In this document: piece by piece, positions 9,326 through 22,990 of the stretch | Layout of the letters: each line of letters starts with the position of its first letter | Numbering within the stretch: the stretch's first letter is position 1 | Notes under the pieces: generated by a model | Database searches by the model: none | Seen by the model: the letters and a program-made list of their open reading frames with translations, nothing else | What the model was told of the DNA's origin: nothing | Program-made: the position numbers and the translations under genes | From: a bacterium | Lineage (GTDB): Bacteria > UBA8248 > JACPRG01 > G963555815 | Assembly: GCA_965261595.1 (NCBI GenBank) | Contig: CBDHDG010000007.1 | Coordinates: 640,001 to 704,000 of the forward strand | DNA length: 64,000 bases | Direction: 5' to 3'

Positions 9326-10075
9326 TCAGGCCCCAACTTCCTCCATCACCGCGTCGGGGATGTCGAAGTTGGCGTAGACGTTCTGGACATCATCTTGATC
9401 TTCCAGAGCCTCCATCAGCCGGAGGACCTGTCGGGCCTTGTCGGCGTCGAGCGCGACCGTGTTCTGGGGGACCATCGTCTGCTCCGCGGAGGACAGGGGG
9501 ATATCCTGTTCGGTCAGCGTATCCCGGACGGTCTCGAACGACTCGGGGTCGGTTGTGACCTCGAAGCACCCATCTTCCTTCGTGAGATCTTCCGCGCCGG
9601 CCTCCAGGGCGATTTCCATCAGCCGATCCTCATCCGCCCGGTCGGCATCGATGAGAATAACGCCCTTCATCTCGAATATCCACGCCACCCCCCCGGTCTC
9701 GCCCAGGTTTCCGCCGTTCTTGGAAAAGATGTTACGAATTTCCGCTACGGTCCGGTTCCGGTTGTCTGTCAAGACATGGGTCAGAACCGCGACCCCGCCC
9801 GGCCCATAGCCCTCGTAGGTCACTTCATCGTACGTAACGCCCTCGAGCTCGCCCGCGCCCTTCAGGATGGCCCGCTCGATGTTGTCCTGAGGCATGTTGG
9901 CGGCCTTGCCCGCGGCGATCGCCGTGCGAAGCCTCGGATTGGCGTCCGGATCCTTTCCGCCCATCCGGGCCGATACGGTGATCTCCTTGATCAACTTGGT
10001 GAAAATCTTCCCCCGCTTGGCGTCTGTCGCCGCTTTTTTGTGCTTGATGCTGGACCACTTTGAATGCCCGGACAC
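9326..10075 (-). CDS. yebC: YebC/PmpR family protein
   Basis: [38 protein letters not shown]. Confidence 0.97.
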   Translation of the reverse strand: MSGHSKWSSIKHKKAATDAKRGKIFTKLIKEITVSARMGGKDPDANPRLRTAIAAGKAANMPQDNIERAILKGAGELEGVTYDEVTYEGYGPGGVAVLTHVLTDNRNRTVAEIRNIFSKNGGNLGETGGVAWIFEMKGVILIDADRADEDRLMEIALEAGAEDLTKEDGCFEVTTDPESFETVRDTLTEQDIPLSSAEQTMVPQNTVALDADKARQVLRLMEALEDQDDVQNVYANFDIPDAVMEEVGA

Positions 10076-10347
10076 GACCCTCGACCCCTTCCGCCAGAGA
10101 AAAGAATCATCCTTTCACGAAGCGCCGTTCAGAAAACGGAGAATGACATCCAATTATCATCCGGTCCCCGAAAAGTCAAGGATGCCCGCGCGTGATGGGT
10201 GAGCTTTGATCATTCGACAAGTCGGTCCCCTCGATTGTGATCGACCGTCAATACCGAATCCGTAGTTCCAAATGGAACGGAAACCGGATGATTCACTTAA
10301 CCGCGTTTTCTTCTGTTGTCAGTATTAACGCCTAGGTGGAAATTACA

Positions 10348-10363
10348 TGGCACGTGATTTGCA
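10348..10363 (+). promoter_or_regulatory. sigma54 (-24/-12) promoter
   Basis: TGGCACGTGATTTGCA fits the TGGCACG-N4-TTGC consensus, ~60 nt upstream of the protease start. Confidence 0.75.
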
Positions 10364-10426
10364 ACGCCTGCACGCAGGAAGCGGAAAGAAATTGTCAATT
10401 CCTGCTTTGGTTAGAGGATTTCTTTC

Positions 10427-11335
10427 ATGCGATTCCACCGCCGATTGAGACGAACGGGACTCCGCGGCTGGGCCGGCGCCCTCCTAAGGGCGGGCATGTT
10501 GATGACCGAAATCTCCGGTTGCGTTGTTTCCAACCCGTCCCTCAGCAAGCTCGAACGCCGGCTGGAAAGCAAGCTTGCCGCTCTGAAAAGCGATGGAGAT
10601 TACGACTACAACACCTTCCTCGTCGATGGGAAAAAAGTCAATCTTGAGCGGACTCTCCGCTCGATGTTCATCTTGAAACCGATCGCGGAATTCGAAATGA
10701 GCAACGGCCAAGTGGTGCACACGGCCAGCCAGGCCACAGGGGTCGTCCTTTTCGATCGCTACGTGCTCACCGTGGATCACGCTGTATCCAACTACACCCT
10801 CGAACTCAAATCCACCCGGGGGGAAAACTTGACCCCCGTCCGGAGGACGAAGCAAGAGACCTTCATCTTCGTAAACGGGACCCCCCACCGCCTCCACAGC
10901 CTCTTGAGAGACCGGCGCACCGACGTCGCCCTGTTCCGCCTCCCCAACGGGCTGAAACTTCCCAGCTTCCCCTACGAAATCGGAAACAGCGACGACCTGC
11001 TCGTAGGTCACTTCATCTACGTGGTGGGAAATCCGATGAACATGGGGTTCAACGTCCGGGAGGGGATCGTCAGCACCGTCAGGGCCCCCGAGCGGCTCAG
11101 CGTCATCAACGCCGTTCCCGCCAACGCCTTCATGGTCAGCAACGGCCTGAACCCGGGCGACAGCGGGACGCCCGCCATCGCCATCCGCGACGGCCGATTC
11201 GAGCTGGTCGGCCTGACGCAGGGAACCTTTTTGACGGGCCAACGGCTCGGCTGGGTCATCCGGATCAACTCCATCCTGGATAAAATCCGGCCCTACATCG
11301 CCCGCATCCGCACGGCCCGCCGCAACCTCCCCTGA
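10427..11335 (+). CDS. Trypsin-like (S1) serine protease without PDZ, possible lipoprotein
   Basis: Catalytic triad in LTVDHAV / TDVALF / NPGDSG; possible lipobox ISG-C. Confidence 0.85.
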   Translation: MRFHRRLRRTGLRGWAGALLRAGMLMTEISGCVVSNPSLSKLERRLESKLAALKSDGDYDYNTFLVDGKKVNLERTLRSMFILKPIAEFEMSNGQVVHTASQATGVVLFDRYVLTVDHAVSNYTLELKSTRGENLTPVRRTKQETFIFVNGTPHRLHSLLRDRRTDVALFRLPNGLKLPSFPYEIGNSDDLLVGHFIYVVGNPMNMGFNVREGIVSTVRAPERLSVINAVPANAFMVSNGLNPGDSGTPAIAIRDGRFELVGLTQGTFLTGQRLGWVIRINSILDKIRPYIARIRTARRNLP

Positions 11336-11501
11336 ACCTCCAGCCGTTCCAACCCCTCTTCCAAAGAGACTTCGATCCCGTGGTATAATCAGGGCGTCCA
11401 TCGAGACATGGGGGCGCCGGGGGCGAGGGTCCGGACCTCTGAATCCCGGTCGGGGCTTTTTCCTCGGGAATTTCTCACGAAAAGCAATCCGGAGGAAGCG
11501 G

Positions 11502-11924
11502 GTGACGAGAGGCGCGCTTTCCGCACCAAAACTCAACCGCCGCCAGCGGCGCGTTTTTTGGGCCGTCGCTGGCGGACTCCTCGGTCTCACGTTTTTTCTG
11601 CACTTCTGGTACTTTCCCCGTTTCAGCGGACCGGCCGGCCGTGAGCGGCCTCGAAGGGTCGAGGGCCGGGTGATTCGGAAAGACACCTCTCGGGACCAGG
11701 ACGGCCGGGAGGTTGTCCGCGTCACCTATCGGTTCCGAACCACGGACCGGCGCTCCGTCGAGGGTCAGGCGTCGGAGACCGGGAAGCGGCTCGGGACCCT
11801 CCGATTGGGGGACAGGGTCTGGGTCCTCTATTCGGAATCGGACCCGCGCCGGAATCGTCTGGCCGCGGGATACGCCCCCCCGGCCGCCCCGGCCGCGCCC
11901 GGGCCGAATGCGGGCTCCCGCTGA
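11502..11924 (+). CDS. DUF3592-like membrane protein
   Basis: TM helix followed by V.GRV...V.YRF.T.D...G.RV.VLY...DP. Confidence 0.65.
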   Translation: MTRGALSAPKLNRRQRRVFWAVAGGLLGLTFFLHFWYFPRFSGPAGRERPRRVEGRVIRKDTSRDQDGREVVRVTYRFRTTDRRSVEGQASETGKRLGTLRLGDRVWVLYSESDPRRNRLAAGYAPPAAPAAPGPNAGSR

Positions 11925-11958
11925 TCGGGAGGAACGTCGGAAGGAAAGGCCGTCCCGG

Positions 11959-12840
11959 ATGCCGAAACAATCCAAAACCTCTTCCGCCCCGATTGACGCG
12001 CTCATCTCTCTGATGGGCGACCCGGACCCGCACGTCTGGCCACCCGTCGAAAAGCAACTGCTCAAGCTGGGCGGGGAAACGCGGGATTCCCTGTGGAAAG
12101 CGGCGGAGGGAGACGACAGCTCCCTCGTCCGAATGAGGGCGCGGGAGGTCCTGGCCAAAATTCATGCCGAGGGCTTAACGGACAGCTTCAGAAATTGGGT
12201 CGACCCGGGCCGGCCCGAGCATGACCTGGAGGAGGGGTGGTTCCTTTTGACGAAGCTGGAATTTCCCGGACTGGACGAAGGGGCCTACCGCCGGAAACTG
12301 GATGAGATGGCCGCCGACCTGGACCCGCTCCTCCAGGGCGCCGGGGACCTCGACGCCCTCAAGGTCTTCCAGCGGTATGTCCATTTCGAGAAGGAATTTC
12401 GCGGAAACGTCCAGGGATATCACGAAGCGGAAAACAGCTACATCAACGGCCTCCTGGACCGCCGACTCGGAATTCCCATCAGCCTGTCTTCGCTTTACCT
12501 GTTGATCTCCCGGCGGGTGGGTCTCCCTTTCGAGGGGATCTCCGCTCCGGGGCATTTCCTTCTGCGATACCGAAGGGACGGAGCGGGAAAGGATCCCGTT
12601 TACATCGATCCCTTTCACGGCGGAAGGAACCTGAGCCGGAAGGAGTGTGCGGCGTTTATCCGGTCCATGGGGCATGTCGCCGGGCGCGAGCTGGACACGC
12701 CGGTGAACAACCGTCACATTCTTGCGCGGATGTGCCGGAACCTGGCCGGGATCTATGGCGCCTCCGGTCCCGCGCAAAAAGCGGAGCGGCTGATCGCGTG
12801 GATCGACATCCTCGGGTCCGCCGGTCCTTCGAACGCCTGA
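11959..12840 (+). CDS. SirB1/transglutaminase-like family protein
   Basis: FRGN..Y...ENSYI..LLDRRLGIPISLS.LY, PGHFLL, YIDPFHGG, ILARMCRNL. Confidence 0.88.
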   Translation: MPKQSKTSSAPIDALISLMGDPDPHVWPPVEKQLLKLGGETRDSLWKAAEGDDSSLVRMRAREVLAKIHAEGLTDSFRNWVDPGRPEHDLEEGWFLLTKLEFPGLDEGAYRRKLDEMAADLDPLLQGAGDLDALKVFQRYVHFEKEFRGNVQGYHEAENSYINGLLDRRLGIPISLSSLYLLISRRVGLPFEGISAPGHFLLRYRRDGAGKDPVYIDPFHGGRNLSRKECAAFIRSMGHVAGRELDTPVNNRHILARMCRNLAGIYGASGPAQKAERLIAWIDILGSAGPSNA

Positions 12841-13039
12841 TCGGCAACGGGCGGACGCCTGATCCGCGCATACGGGAAAGACACAGCTCGATTCATATCA
12901 CGAGGCCGAACGGAACATCCACCGGGCATCTCCACCCCTTTGGTTGGAGATGCCGAGAGCCGGAATTCCGCCCCATGGACCGCGAGAGAAGCGGAACGGG
13001 ATGTCCCGCCGAGATGGGGCCGGTTCGCAGGAGAAAACG

Positions 13040-13351
13040 ATGGAGAACAAAACGCCGCAGGAATTGAGTCAAACGCACTTGGAATCCGCAGAGGCCGCAA
13101 TGGAGAGCGGGGACGCCCGGAAGGCGCTGGAGTCCGCCTGCGAGGCCTATGAAGTCTGTCCGGACCACTACCCCGCCAATTACAACGCCCTTGCGCTGGC
13201 CGTGAAGTGCATGGAGAAATTGGACATCGCGGAGGAGGCCCAGGCCCTGCGCGAAACGATGCAAAAGCTCCTCTTCGAGCATGACACCAAGCCTCATGCC
13301 GAAGGGGAAGCCCGCGCCAAACACGCGCTGAATAAAGACAAGAAACCCTAG
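13040..13351 (+). CDS. Small TPR-like hypothetical protein
   Basis: Helical TPR-like pattern; AGGAG RBS precedes ATG 13040. Confidence 0.55.
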   Translation: MENKTPQELSQTHLESAEAAMESGDARKALESACEAYEVCPDHYPANYNALALAVKCMEKLDIAEEAQALRETMQKLLFEHDTKPHAEGEARAKHALNKDKKP

Positions 13352-13379
13352 CGCGCATTTCTCACAACCGTTCGGCCAA

Positions 13380-14669
13380 ATGGCTATCCCTCAACGGGCC
13401 CGAAAGCGTAACGTCAAATGGAACCTGCCTCCGGCCGGGGCGGCGTTGCTCTTGTGGATGGTCCAAGGCTGCGCCCTGGACACCATTCCCTACCTCTTCC
13501 GGCTCGCGGTGAATCAGGCCAGCCTTCTCTCCCAAAGGCGGCCCATCGGAGCGGTTCTCAAAGATCCAAAGGCGGTCCTTGACCCGGAGGCCAGGAAGCG
13601 CCTCAGGCTTGTCGCCGAGGTCCGGGAATTCTCCCGCCGCATCGGTTTGACGCCGGGGGGCGCTTACACCCAGTATGCCCCGGTCCGCCTCGAGGTCTTC
13701 GTCGTCACGGCGGCCGAGCGGACCCGCTTGAAGCGCCGCACCTGGTGGTGGCCGATACTCGGCACCGTGCCGTACAAGGGCTTTTTCACCAAAGCGGGGG
13801 CGGCGGACGAAGCGCGAAAACTCCGCGCCCAATCGCTGGACACCCATGTCCGGACGGTCCGGGCCTACAGCACGCTGGGCTGGTTCGACGACCCGGTCGT
13901 TCCGGCGATGCTGAAGGGCGGGCTGGGACCTTTTGTCGGCGTCCTGATTCACGAGTCCGTCCACGCCACGTTCTTTCGGAAGGGCAACGCCCCGTTCAAC
14001 GAGCAGGCGGCGGTCCTCGTCGAGCGGGAGGGCGCAAAACGGTTCCTTCGGGAAAAATTCGGGCGGGACTCAAAGGCGATCGGACGATATCAAAGGAGGC
14101 TGGCGAAGGGCGAGCGGTTTCTGGAGACCCTGGACGGCCTTCACGCGGAACTCTCCCGCCTCTATCGGAGCCGGCGCACCGACGCCGAGAAGCTCTCGCG
14201 GCGCAAAGACATCTTCGGAAAATTCCTCGCGGCCCATCCCGCCATCGCCCGGCGCCTGCGGCGGGATGAAAAATCCACCGGGCTGCGGACCGAGTTGAAC
14301 AACGCCTACCTTCTTTCCTACCGGCTTTACTTCGCGAACCGGGACCGGATGCGGAGGATCTTCGACCGAATCGGCCGGGATCTCCCCAAGATGGTCAGCC
14401 TTATCAAACGGGCCGCGGAAGCCGAAGGCGACCCTTTCGAGGCGTTGGAGAGGTTGGCCGGGAATCTTCGCGCAAAACCGTCGCCGGTTGGCCGTGCAAA
14501 TCCCTCCCCCCCCCCGACTTTCCTTTTGGCGGGGGATGCGGAATCATCGGCCCCCGCACGGAATCGCGGCGGGCCGCGTCGATCCGGCTCATCGGGCGTT
14601 CGGCCGGCCGACGCTCAATTTTCCAATTCGGATTTCACTTTCAACTTGAGCGCGATGAACGTCGCGTGA
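13380..14669 (+). CDS. Putative zinc aminopeptidase (DUF2265-like), lipoprotein
   Basis: W.WPI.G.VPYKGFF, AYSTLGWFDDP, IHESVH, FNE. The true 3' end may be near 14500 (C-run; the ORF overlaps terB-like gene). Confidence 0.85.
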   Translation: MAIPQRARKRNVKWNLPPAGAALLLWMVQGCALDTIPYLFRLAVNQASLLSQRRPIGAVLKDPKAVLDPEARKRLRLVAEVREFSRRIGLTPGGAYTQYAPVRLEVFVVTAAERTRLKRRTWWWPILGTVPYKGFFTKAGAADEARKLRAQSLDTHVRTVRAYSTLGWFDDPVVPAMLKGGLGPFVGVLIHESVHATFFRKGNAPFNEQAAVLVEREGAKRFLREKFGRDSKAIGRYQRRLAKGERFLETLDGLHAELSRLYRSRRTDAEKLSRRKDIFGKFLAAHPAIARRLRRDEKSTGLRTELNNAYLLSYRLYFANRDRMRRIFDRIGRDLPKMVSLIKRAAEAEGDPFEALERLAGNLRAKPSPVGRANPSPPPTFLLAGDAESSAPARNRGGPRRSGSSGVRPADAQFSNSDFTFNLSAMNVA

Positions 14670-15073
14670 TCGATCCGCAGGAGGCGGTGCAGCTTCTTTG
14701 TCATGTAATCCTCGAACTTGTCCATCGTCCCGTCGGCGTAGACCACCTTCCAGATCATCTCCATGACCTCGAATTTCTGCTCCCGGGTCAAGGCTTGGTT
14801 GACCTGGCTCGCGAAAGACCACACGTCGGTGGATTTCCGGTGCTCCTCCCGGGCGGCTTCGATGAGGTCGCGCACGCCCGCGTCGGTCAAGTCGAAACGG
14901 CCCTTCAGCACCTGGACGATCTTCTGAAATTCCTCCGGGAAGAGGTTGTCGTCCGCCATGGCGGTCTCGACCAGGAGGGCGCACATAGCCATCCGCAGCT
15001 CCGCCTCGGGCTTTGCGGACGGCTCCCCTTTTTCCGAATCAGCGCCGAAGATGCGCCTCAGGCTGTCCAACAT
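14615..15073 (-). CDS. TerB family protein
   Basis: ALLVE.A.AD, ...IWKVVYADG.MD.FED....KL..LL.I.H..FI..K. Confidence 0.85.
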   Translation of the reverse strand: MLDSLRRIFGADSEKGEPSAKPEAELRMAMCALLVETAMADDNLFPEEFQKIVQVLKGRFDLTDAGVRDLIEAAREEHRKSTDVWSFASQVNQALTREQKFEVMEMIWKVVYADGTMDKFEDYMTKKLHRLLRIDHATFIALKLKVKSELEN

Positions 15074-15246
15074 GTTCTTGTTTCTCCTGATTCAGAAAAC
15101 CGGTCGGGGAACATCCCCAACCGTCATCTGTTTATTTTACGGGCTTTTATCCGGCCGCCGCCGGCATGGTACCATAGGTCTCGAATGACAAGCGGACGCC
15201 ATGAGGCCGGACGTTCGATATCGGCGGGGGACCGAGAGAGAGAGCC

Positions 15247-18176
<2,930 letters not shown>

Positions 18177-18246
18177 CGGGCACGCCCCCATTCGTATCGC
18201 GTCTCAAATTGCGGTAGTGTCCTAATTTGGATTTTGAGGGTGAGAA

Positions 18247-18563
18247 TTAAGCTTGGTCGAGGAAACCAATTTTGGTTTTGTCGTCTGACTTGGTGAAGAG
18301 ATTGAGAAGTCCACTAACCTTTGAGATCATGAAATCAAGATCGCACCAACGTGAACCCTTATGGACCGTGATGTCTTTTCTTTCAACGCGAAATTTTGTA
18401 AGGCCTAGCCAAGCCCCTCAAGGTCCGAAACAATGTCGTGATAATCATCTATGAAATCGCCGTAGGCAAGTTCTCCTGGATTGGATGCTTTTCTCTGGGC
18501 CAAGCTGTCCCTGAGCCCCACAAGCCGAGCGTATGCCATCCGAATCAGAACATCAGCGGTCAT
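18247..18563 (-). pseudogene. Small hypothetical passenger gene, frameshifted
   Basis: MTADVLIRMAYARLVGL... breaks near 18405, then continues ..KFRVERKDI..FMISKVSGLLNLF..KIGFLDQA*. Its ATG overlaps the stop of the upstream fragment (18560-18740). Confidence 0.45.
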
Positions 18564-18921
18564 TCTTCAGGCTCCTCGGGCTCAGGTTCTTCCTGCGGTG
18601 GTTCTTTGGCAATCTTCGCCAAAACCCGCTTGGCAACCTCAATGTTGGCTTCCAGGATTTCAATTTCATCTGTTCCCGGTCTCTCCCCTGAAATCACCAG
18701 TTCTGCCGTGGTGCCATCTGAGAGCGGCCAGGCAAACTCCTTGACCCATGCATTCAGCAAAACGCTGGAAAATCTCCAGGCGGCTCTCGCCGTGCATTTC
18801 GCATGGTACAACTTCGGGCGGGTTCATGGGAGCCTGAGGATCACGCTCGCCCAGGAGGCGGGAATCACAGACCATATTTGGACGTGGGAGGAAATGCTGA
18901 ATTGGTCAAAATGGTTTTCTG

Positions 18922-19213
18922 TTATTCTCCCAGTTGCTTTGCTGCTTCAACCGCGTCAAAGTCTCTCTGTGCCCTTTCGCGTTCCGCCTTGATATCCTCA
19001 TAGGGCATTTTTGTTGCGATGCCAGGGTTACCCATAACGACAACCCCTATAACGAAGGTTTCTTTAATCAATTCACGAGCGAGGTGTCTAAGGTCATTGT
19101 CGATTAGCTTTCTACCCGTAAAAAAGGCAACAGCCAGAAAAGAGTAAAACACACATGCGCCAACACCGAAGGCTGTAATTCTTTTCCAGTTTGTGCTACC
19201 TTTAGCGTTGTCG
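18922..19213 (-). pseudogene. Hypothetical membrane protein truncated by IS3 copy 2
   Basis: AT-rich ORF with a TM segment; its 5' end is replaced by the IS end. Confidence 0.45.
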
Positions 19214-20617
19214 TCCCCCGCTCTAGGGTTTTGTTGGACACTCGATTGATCCATGATTCATGGAGAAAGGGGTGTCGCGATGAACGAACAAAAGCAAGAG
19301 GGGGCTTTGGCGGAGGGCGCCCGCAGGGCGAACGGAGCCAAGGCCCCAGGGCATCGCAGTGAGCGGGGTCGGTTCTCCTGCCAGCGCAAGCGGGAGGCGG
19401 TCCTGCGTCTTTTGCGGGGCGAGAGCCTGGAGACGCTCTGCCGCGAGTTGGGCACGACAGCGGCTCGGCTTTCCGCCTGGCGCGAGGCGTTCCTTCGCGG
19501 GGGCGAGGCGGCGCTCAAAGCCCGCCCGGCGGATGAGCGGGACGAGGAGAACGCCCGGCTCAAGGCCAAGGTGGGCGAACTCACGATGGAGGGCGAGGTC
19601 CTGCGGGAGAAGATCGACCGCCTGGAGGCCGGCCGCCCTTTAGCCGGCAGGAGGTGGAGGCGATGAGTCAGGCCCGCTTCACCTCCACGGGCAGAGCCTA
19701 CGGCCTGAAGCGGGTGTGCGCCCTTTGGGGCTTGGCGCGCTCCACGGTCTACGCGCAACGGCGGCGAGAGGCGGTCCCCGTTCATGAACGCCCCACGCCC
19801 AATAAGCGCGGCCCTGTGGGCCCGTGCACCGATGCGGAACTCCTCGGCCACATCCGGCAGGTCCTGGAGGACTCTCCCTTCCATGGCGAGGGCTACCGCA
19901 AGGTGTGGGCGAGGCTGCGCTTCGCGGGCATCCGCACCAGCAAGGAGCGGGTGCGTCGCCTGATGCGGGAGGCGGGGCTTCAGGCCCCCCACCGGGTGGG
20001 CAAACCCCGAGGTCCCAAGGCCCACAACGGGACCATCCGCACCGAGCGGCCCGACCGAATGTGGGGCACGCACATGACGACGACGGTGACCACCGAGGAG
20101 GGGATGGCCTCGGTGTTCGTGGCGGTGGATCACTGCTCGGTGGACTGCGTGGGGATCCATGCGGCCAAGAGCGGCAACCGCTTCGAGGCCCTGGAGCCGA
20201 TCCGGCAGGGGGTCGCCGAGCGCTTCGCCGGCTTGGAGGCGGACGTCGCCGAGGGGCTTAAAGTTCGTCACGACCACGGCCCCGCCTATCTGTCCGATGA
20301 CTTTCAGCGGGAGATCGCCTACCTGGGCATGACCAGTTCGCCCAGCTTCGTGCGGGCGCCCGAGGGAAATGGCTACTGTGAGTGGTTCATCCGCATCTTG
20401 AAGGAGAATCTCCTGTGGGTGCGCTCTTTCGCCACCGTAGAGGAACTGCGGTGGGCGCTGCTTGAGTTCAAGAACCTGTACAACCATCATTGGATTCTCG
20501 AGGGCTACGGCTACCGAACGCCGGCCCAGGCAAGGCAGGAAAAACTCGCTCAAGTTGCGGAGGCCGCATGAGGTCGAATACCCTCACCCGAGTGTCCAAT
20601 AACCCAGGGGCGGTCCA
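19214..20617 (+). mobile_element. IS3-family element, copy 2 (no TSD; D-to-H in the DDE motif)
   Basis: Near-identical to copy 1; orfA 19280-19666, orfB 19663-20571. Flanks GTCG / CCGT differ. WGTH replaces WGTD. Confidence 0.93.
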
Positions 20618-22798
20618 CCGTGTTGTTCACCCCATTCTTCATCCTCGTGTTGCCGCTCATCAGCGGAAAGTCGATCCCGCCGGTCGAGGCCATTTACCTG
20701 GGCCTGCTGATCGAGGTCTGCGGGTTCGGCAGCGCCACGCTGGGTTACCACCGCCAGAAGGTGATCGATTACCGGGCGTCGGGGTACGCCATGCTGTGGG
20801 CCGTGCCCTTCGCGATCGGGGTGTCTCTGTTCGCCCACAAGGCACCCGAGGGCTGGCTGCTTTTCATCCTGGGCGCCGCGCTCCTCGTCATGGCCGCCCT
20901 GATGCGCTTCGCCCACAAGACGCCAGAGCTCGGCGTCCCGCCGGAAGCGTCCCCGCACGGGCGCAGGCTCGAGGACTCGATGGGGAAGGTGTACGCGTAC
21001 AACTTCCGCCGGACCCCGGTGGGCGCGCTCATCTCCGCCCTGGGCGGGGTGTTCGTGGGGTTTGTCGGCGTCGGTGTGGGCGAGTTCAAGACAACGTACT
21101 TCATCCTGGGGTAGAAGATGCCCGCCCGGGTTTCGGTGGCCTCGGGGGTGCCGGTGGTGATGGCGACGGTGACGGCGGCGGTGCTCGCGCGGATCGTCGT
21201 CACGGGAACCGGGATGGCGGATTTCAGCGTGCCCTGGAACATCGCGGCGATGTGCATCCCGGCGGTCCTCATCGGCGGGCAGATCGCGCCCCTCATCAAC
21301 CGCCACCTGAACCCCAACCGCATCAAGCTGATGGACCGCCCCTGGGTTATTGGACACTCGGGTGAGGGTATTCGACCTCATGCGGCCTCCGCAACTTGAG
21401 CGAGTTTTTCCTGCCTTGCCTGGGCCGGCGTTCGGTAGCCGTAGCCCTCGAGAATCCAATGATGGTTGTACAGGTTCTTGAACTCAAGCAGCGCCCACCG
21501 CAGTTCCTCTACGGTGGCGAAAGAGCGCACCCACAGGAGATTCTCCTTCAAGATGCGGATAAACCACTCACAGTAGCCATTTCCCTCGGGCGCCCGCACG
21601 AAGCTGGGCGAACTGGTCATGCCCAGGTAGGCGATCTCCCGCTGAAAGTCATCGGACAGATAGGCGGGGCCGTGGTCGTGACGAACTTTAAGCCCCTCGG
21701 CGACGTCCGCCTCCAAGCCGGCGAAGCGCTCGGCGACCCCCTGCCGGATCGGCTCCAGGGCCTCGAAGCGGTTGCCGCTCTTGGCCGCATGGATCCCCAC
21801 GCAGTCCACCGAGCAGTGATCCACCGCCACGAACACCGAGGCCACCCCCTCCTCGGTGGTCACCGTCGTCGTCATGTCCGTGCCCCACATTCGGTCGGGC
21901 CGCTCGGTGCGGATGGTCCCGTTGTGGGCCTTGGGACCTCGGGGTTTGCCCACCCGGTGGGGGGCCTGAAGCCCCGCCTCCCGCATCAGGCGACGCACCC
22001 GCTCCTTGCTGGTGCGGATGCCCGCGAAGCGCAGCCTCGCCCACACCTTGCGGTAGCCCTCGCCATGGAAGGGAGAGTCCTCCAGGACCTGCCGGATGTG
22101 GCCGAGGAGTTCCGCATCGGTGCACGGGCCCACAGGGCCGCGCTTATTGGGCGTGGGGCGTTCATGAACGGGGACCGCCTCTCGCCGCCGTTGCGCGTAG
22201 ACCGTGGAGCGCGCCAAGCCCCAAAGGGCGCACACCCGCTTCAGGCCGTAGGCTCTGCCCGTGGAGGTGAAGCGGGCCTGACTCATCGCCTCCACCTCCT
22301 GCCGGCTAAAGGGCGGCCGGCCTCCAGGCGGTCGATCTTCTCCCGCAGGACCTCGCCCTCCATCGTGAGTTCGCCCACCTTGGCCTTGAGCCGGGCGTTC
22401 TCCTCGGCCCGCTCATCCGCCGGGCGGGCTTTGAGCGCCGCCTCGCCCCCGCGAAGGAACGCCTCGCGCCAGGCGGAAAGCCGAGCCGCTGTCGTGCCCA
22501 ACTCGCGGCAGAGCGTCTCCAGGCTCTCGCCCCGCAAAAGACGCAGGACCGCCTCCCGCTTGCGCTGGCAGGAGAACCGACCCCGCTCACTGCGATGCCA
22601 TGGGGCCTTGGCTCCGTTCGCCCTGCGGGCGCCCTCCGCCAAAGCCCCCTCTTGCTTTTGTTCGTTCATCGCGACACCCCTTTCTCCATGAATCATGGAT
22701 CAATCGAGTGTCCAACAAAACCCTAGAGCGGGGGACTGATCCTGTTCGTCCTGTTCTGTGTCGTGGGGTTGATCCTCATCTTTCGGGGTCTTTTTTAG
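20618..22798 (+). pseudogene. TauE/SafE (TSUP) family membrane exporter, disrupted
   Basis: LFTPFF.L..GFGSA..Y..Q.VIDY, GGVFVGFVGVG.GE, IPAVLIGGQIAP. N-terminus removed by IS copy 2, TAG at 21112-21114, split by IS copy 3. C-terminus LILFVLFCVVGLILIFRGLF* resumes at 22736. Confidence 0.8.
21332..22735 (-). mobile_element. IS3-family element, copy 3
   Basis: Inverted near-identical copy; TSD CTGA (21328-21331, 22736-22739); orfA 22283-22669, orfB 21378-22286. Confidence 0.93.
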
Positions 22799-22811
22799 AA
22801 TCAAGAGCCCC

Positions 22812-22911
22812 GGGGGGCGGGCGCGGGTCGGATGATCCTCCAGCCCGCCATCCGATGGCGGCCAAGATGGCCGCCCCACCGGGTCAAGCCCTAGACCTAT
22901 CGGCTTGGCCT
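22812..22911. repeat. REPIN-like composite palindromic repeat, copy A
   Basis: Shares TCCAGCCCGCCATCCG.TGGCGGCCAAGATGGCCGCCC.AC and a following GG.C.AGCC..GGCT.GGCC hairpin with 43315-43391. Confidence 0.75.
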
Positions 22912-22990
22912 GCTCGCGGAGTGCATCGGTCCGCCAACCGTCCGCCTTTCCGCGCGGAACGCTCGTTTCTTTGGCCGAAATTCAGACAAA

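Larger units (their letters stand above)
18213..19213. mobile_element. AT-richer relic of an IS1-like element with passenger gene fragments
   Basis: Terminal motif GGTAGTGTCCTAATTTGG at 18213. Transposase tail LTHAFSKTLENL.AA.A.HFAWYNF.RVH.SLR.T.A.EAGITDH.W at ~18741-18900. Confidence 0.6.

Noticed and set aside
21112..21114. Pyrrolysine readthrough of TAG in TauE
   Set aside because: The gene is already destroyed by two IS events and no pyl genes are in the window.
19214..22735. Composite transposon of two inverted IS3 copies carrying TauE
   Set aside because: Copy 3 has its own TSD and TauE continues beyond it; the outer flanks (GTCG / CTGA) do not match.
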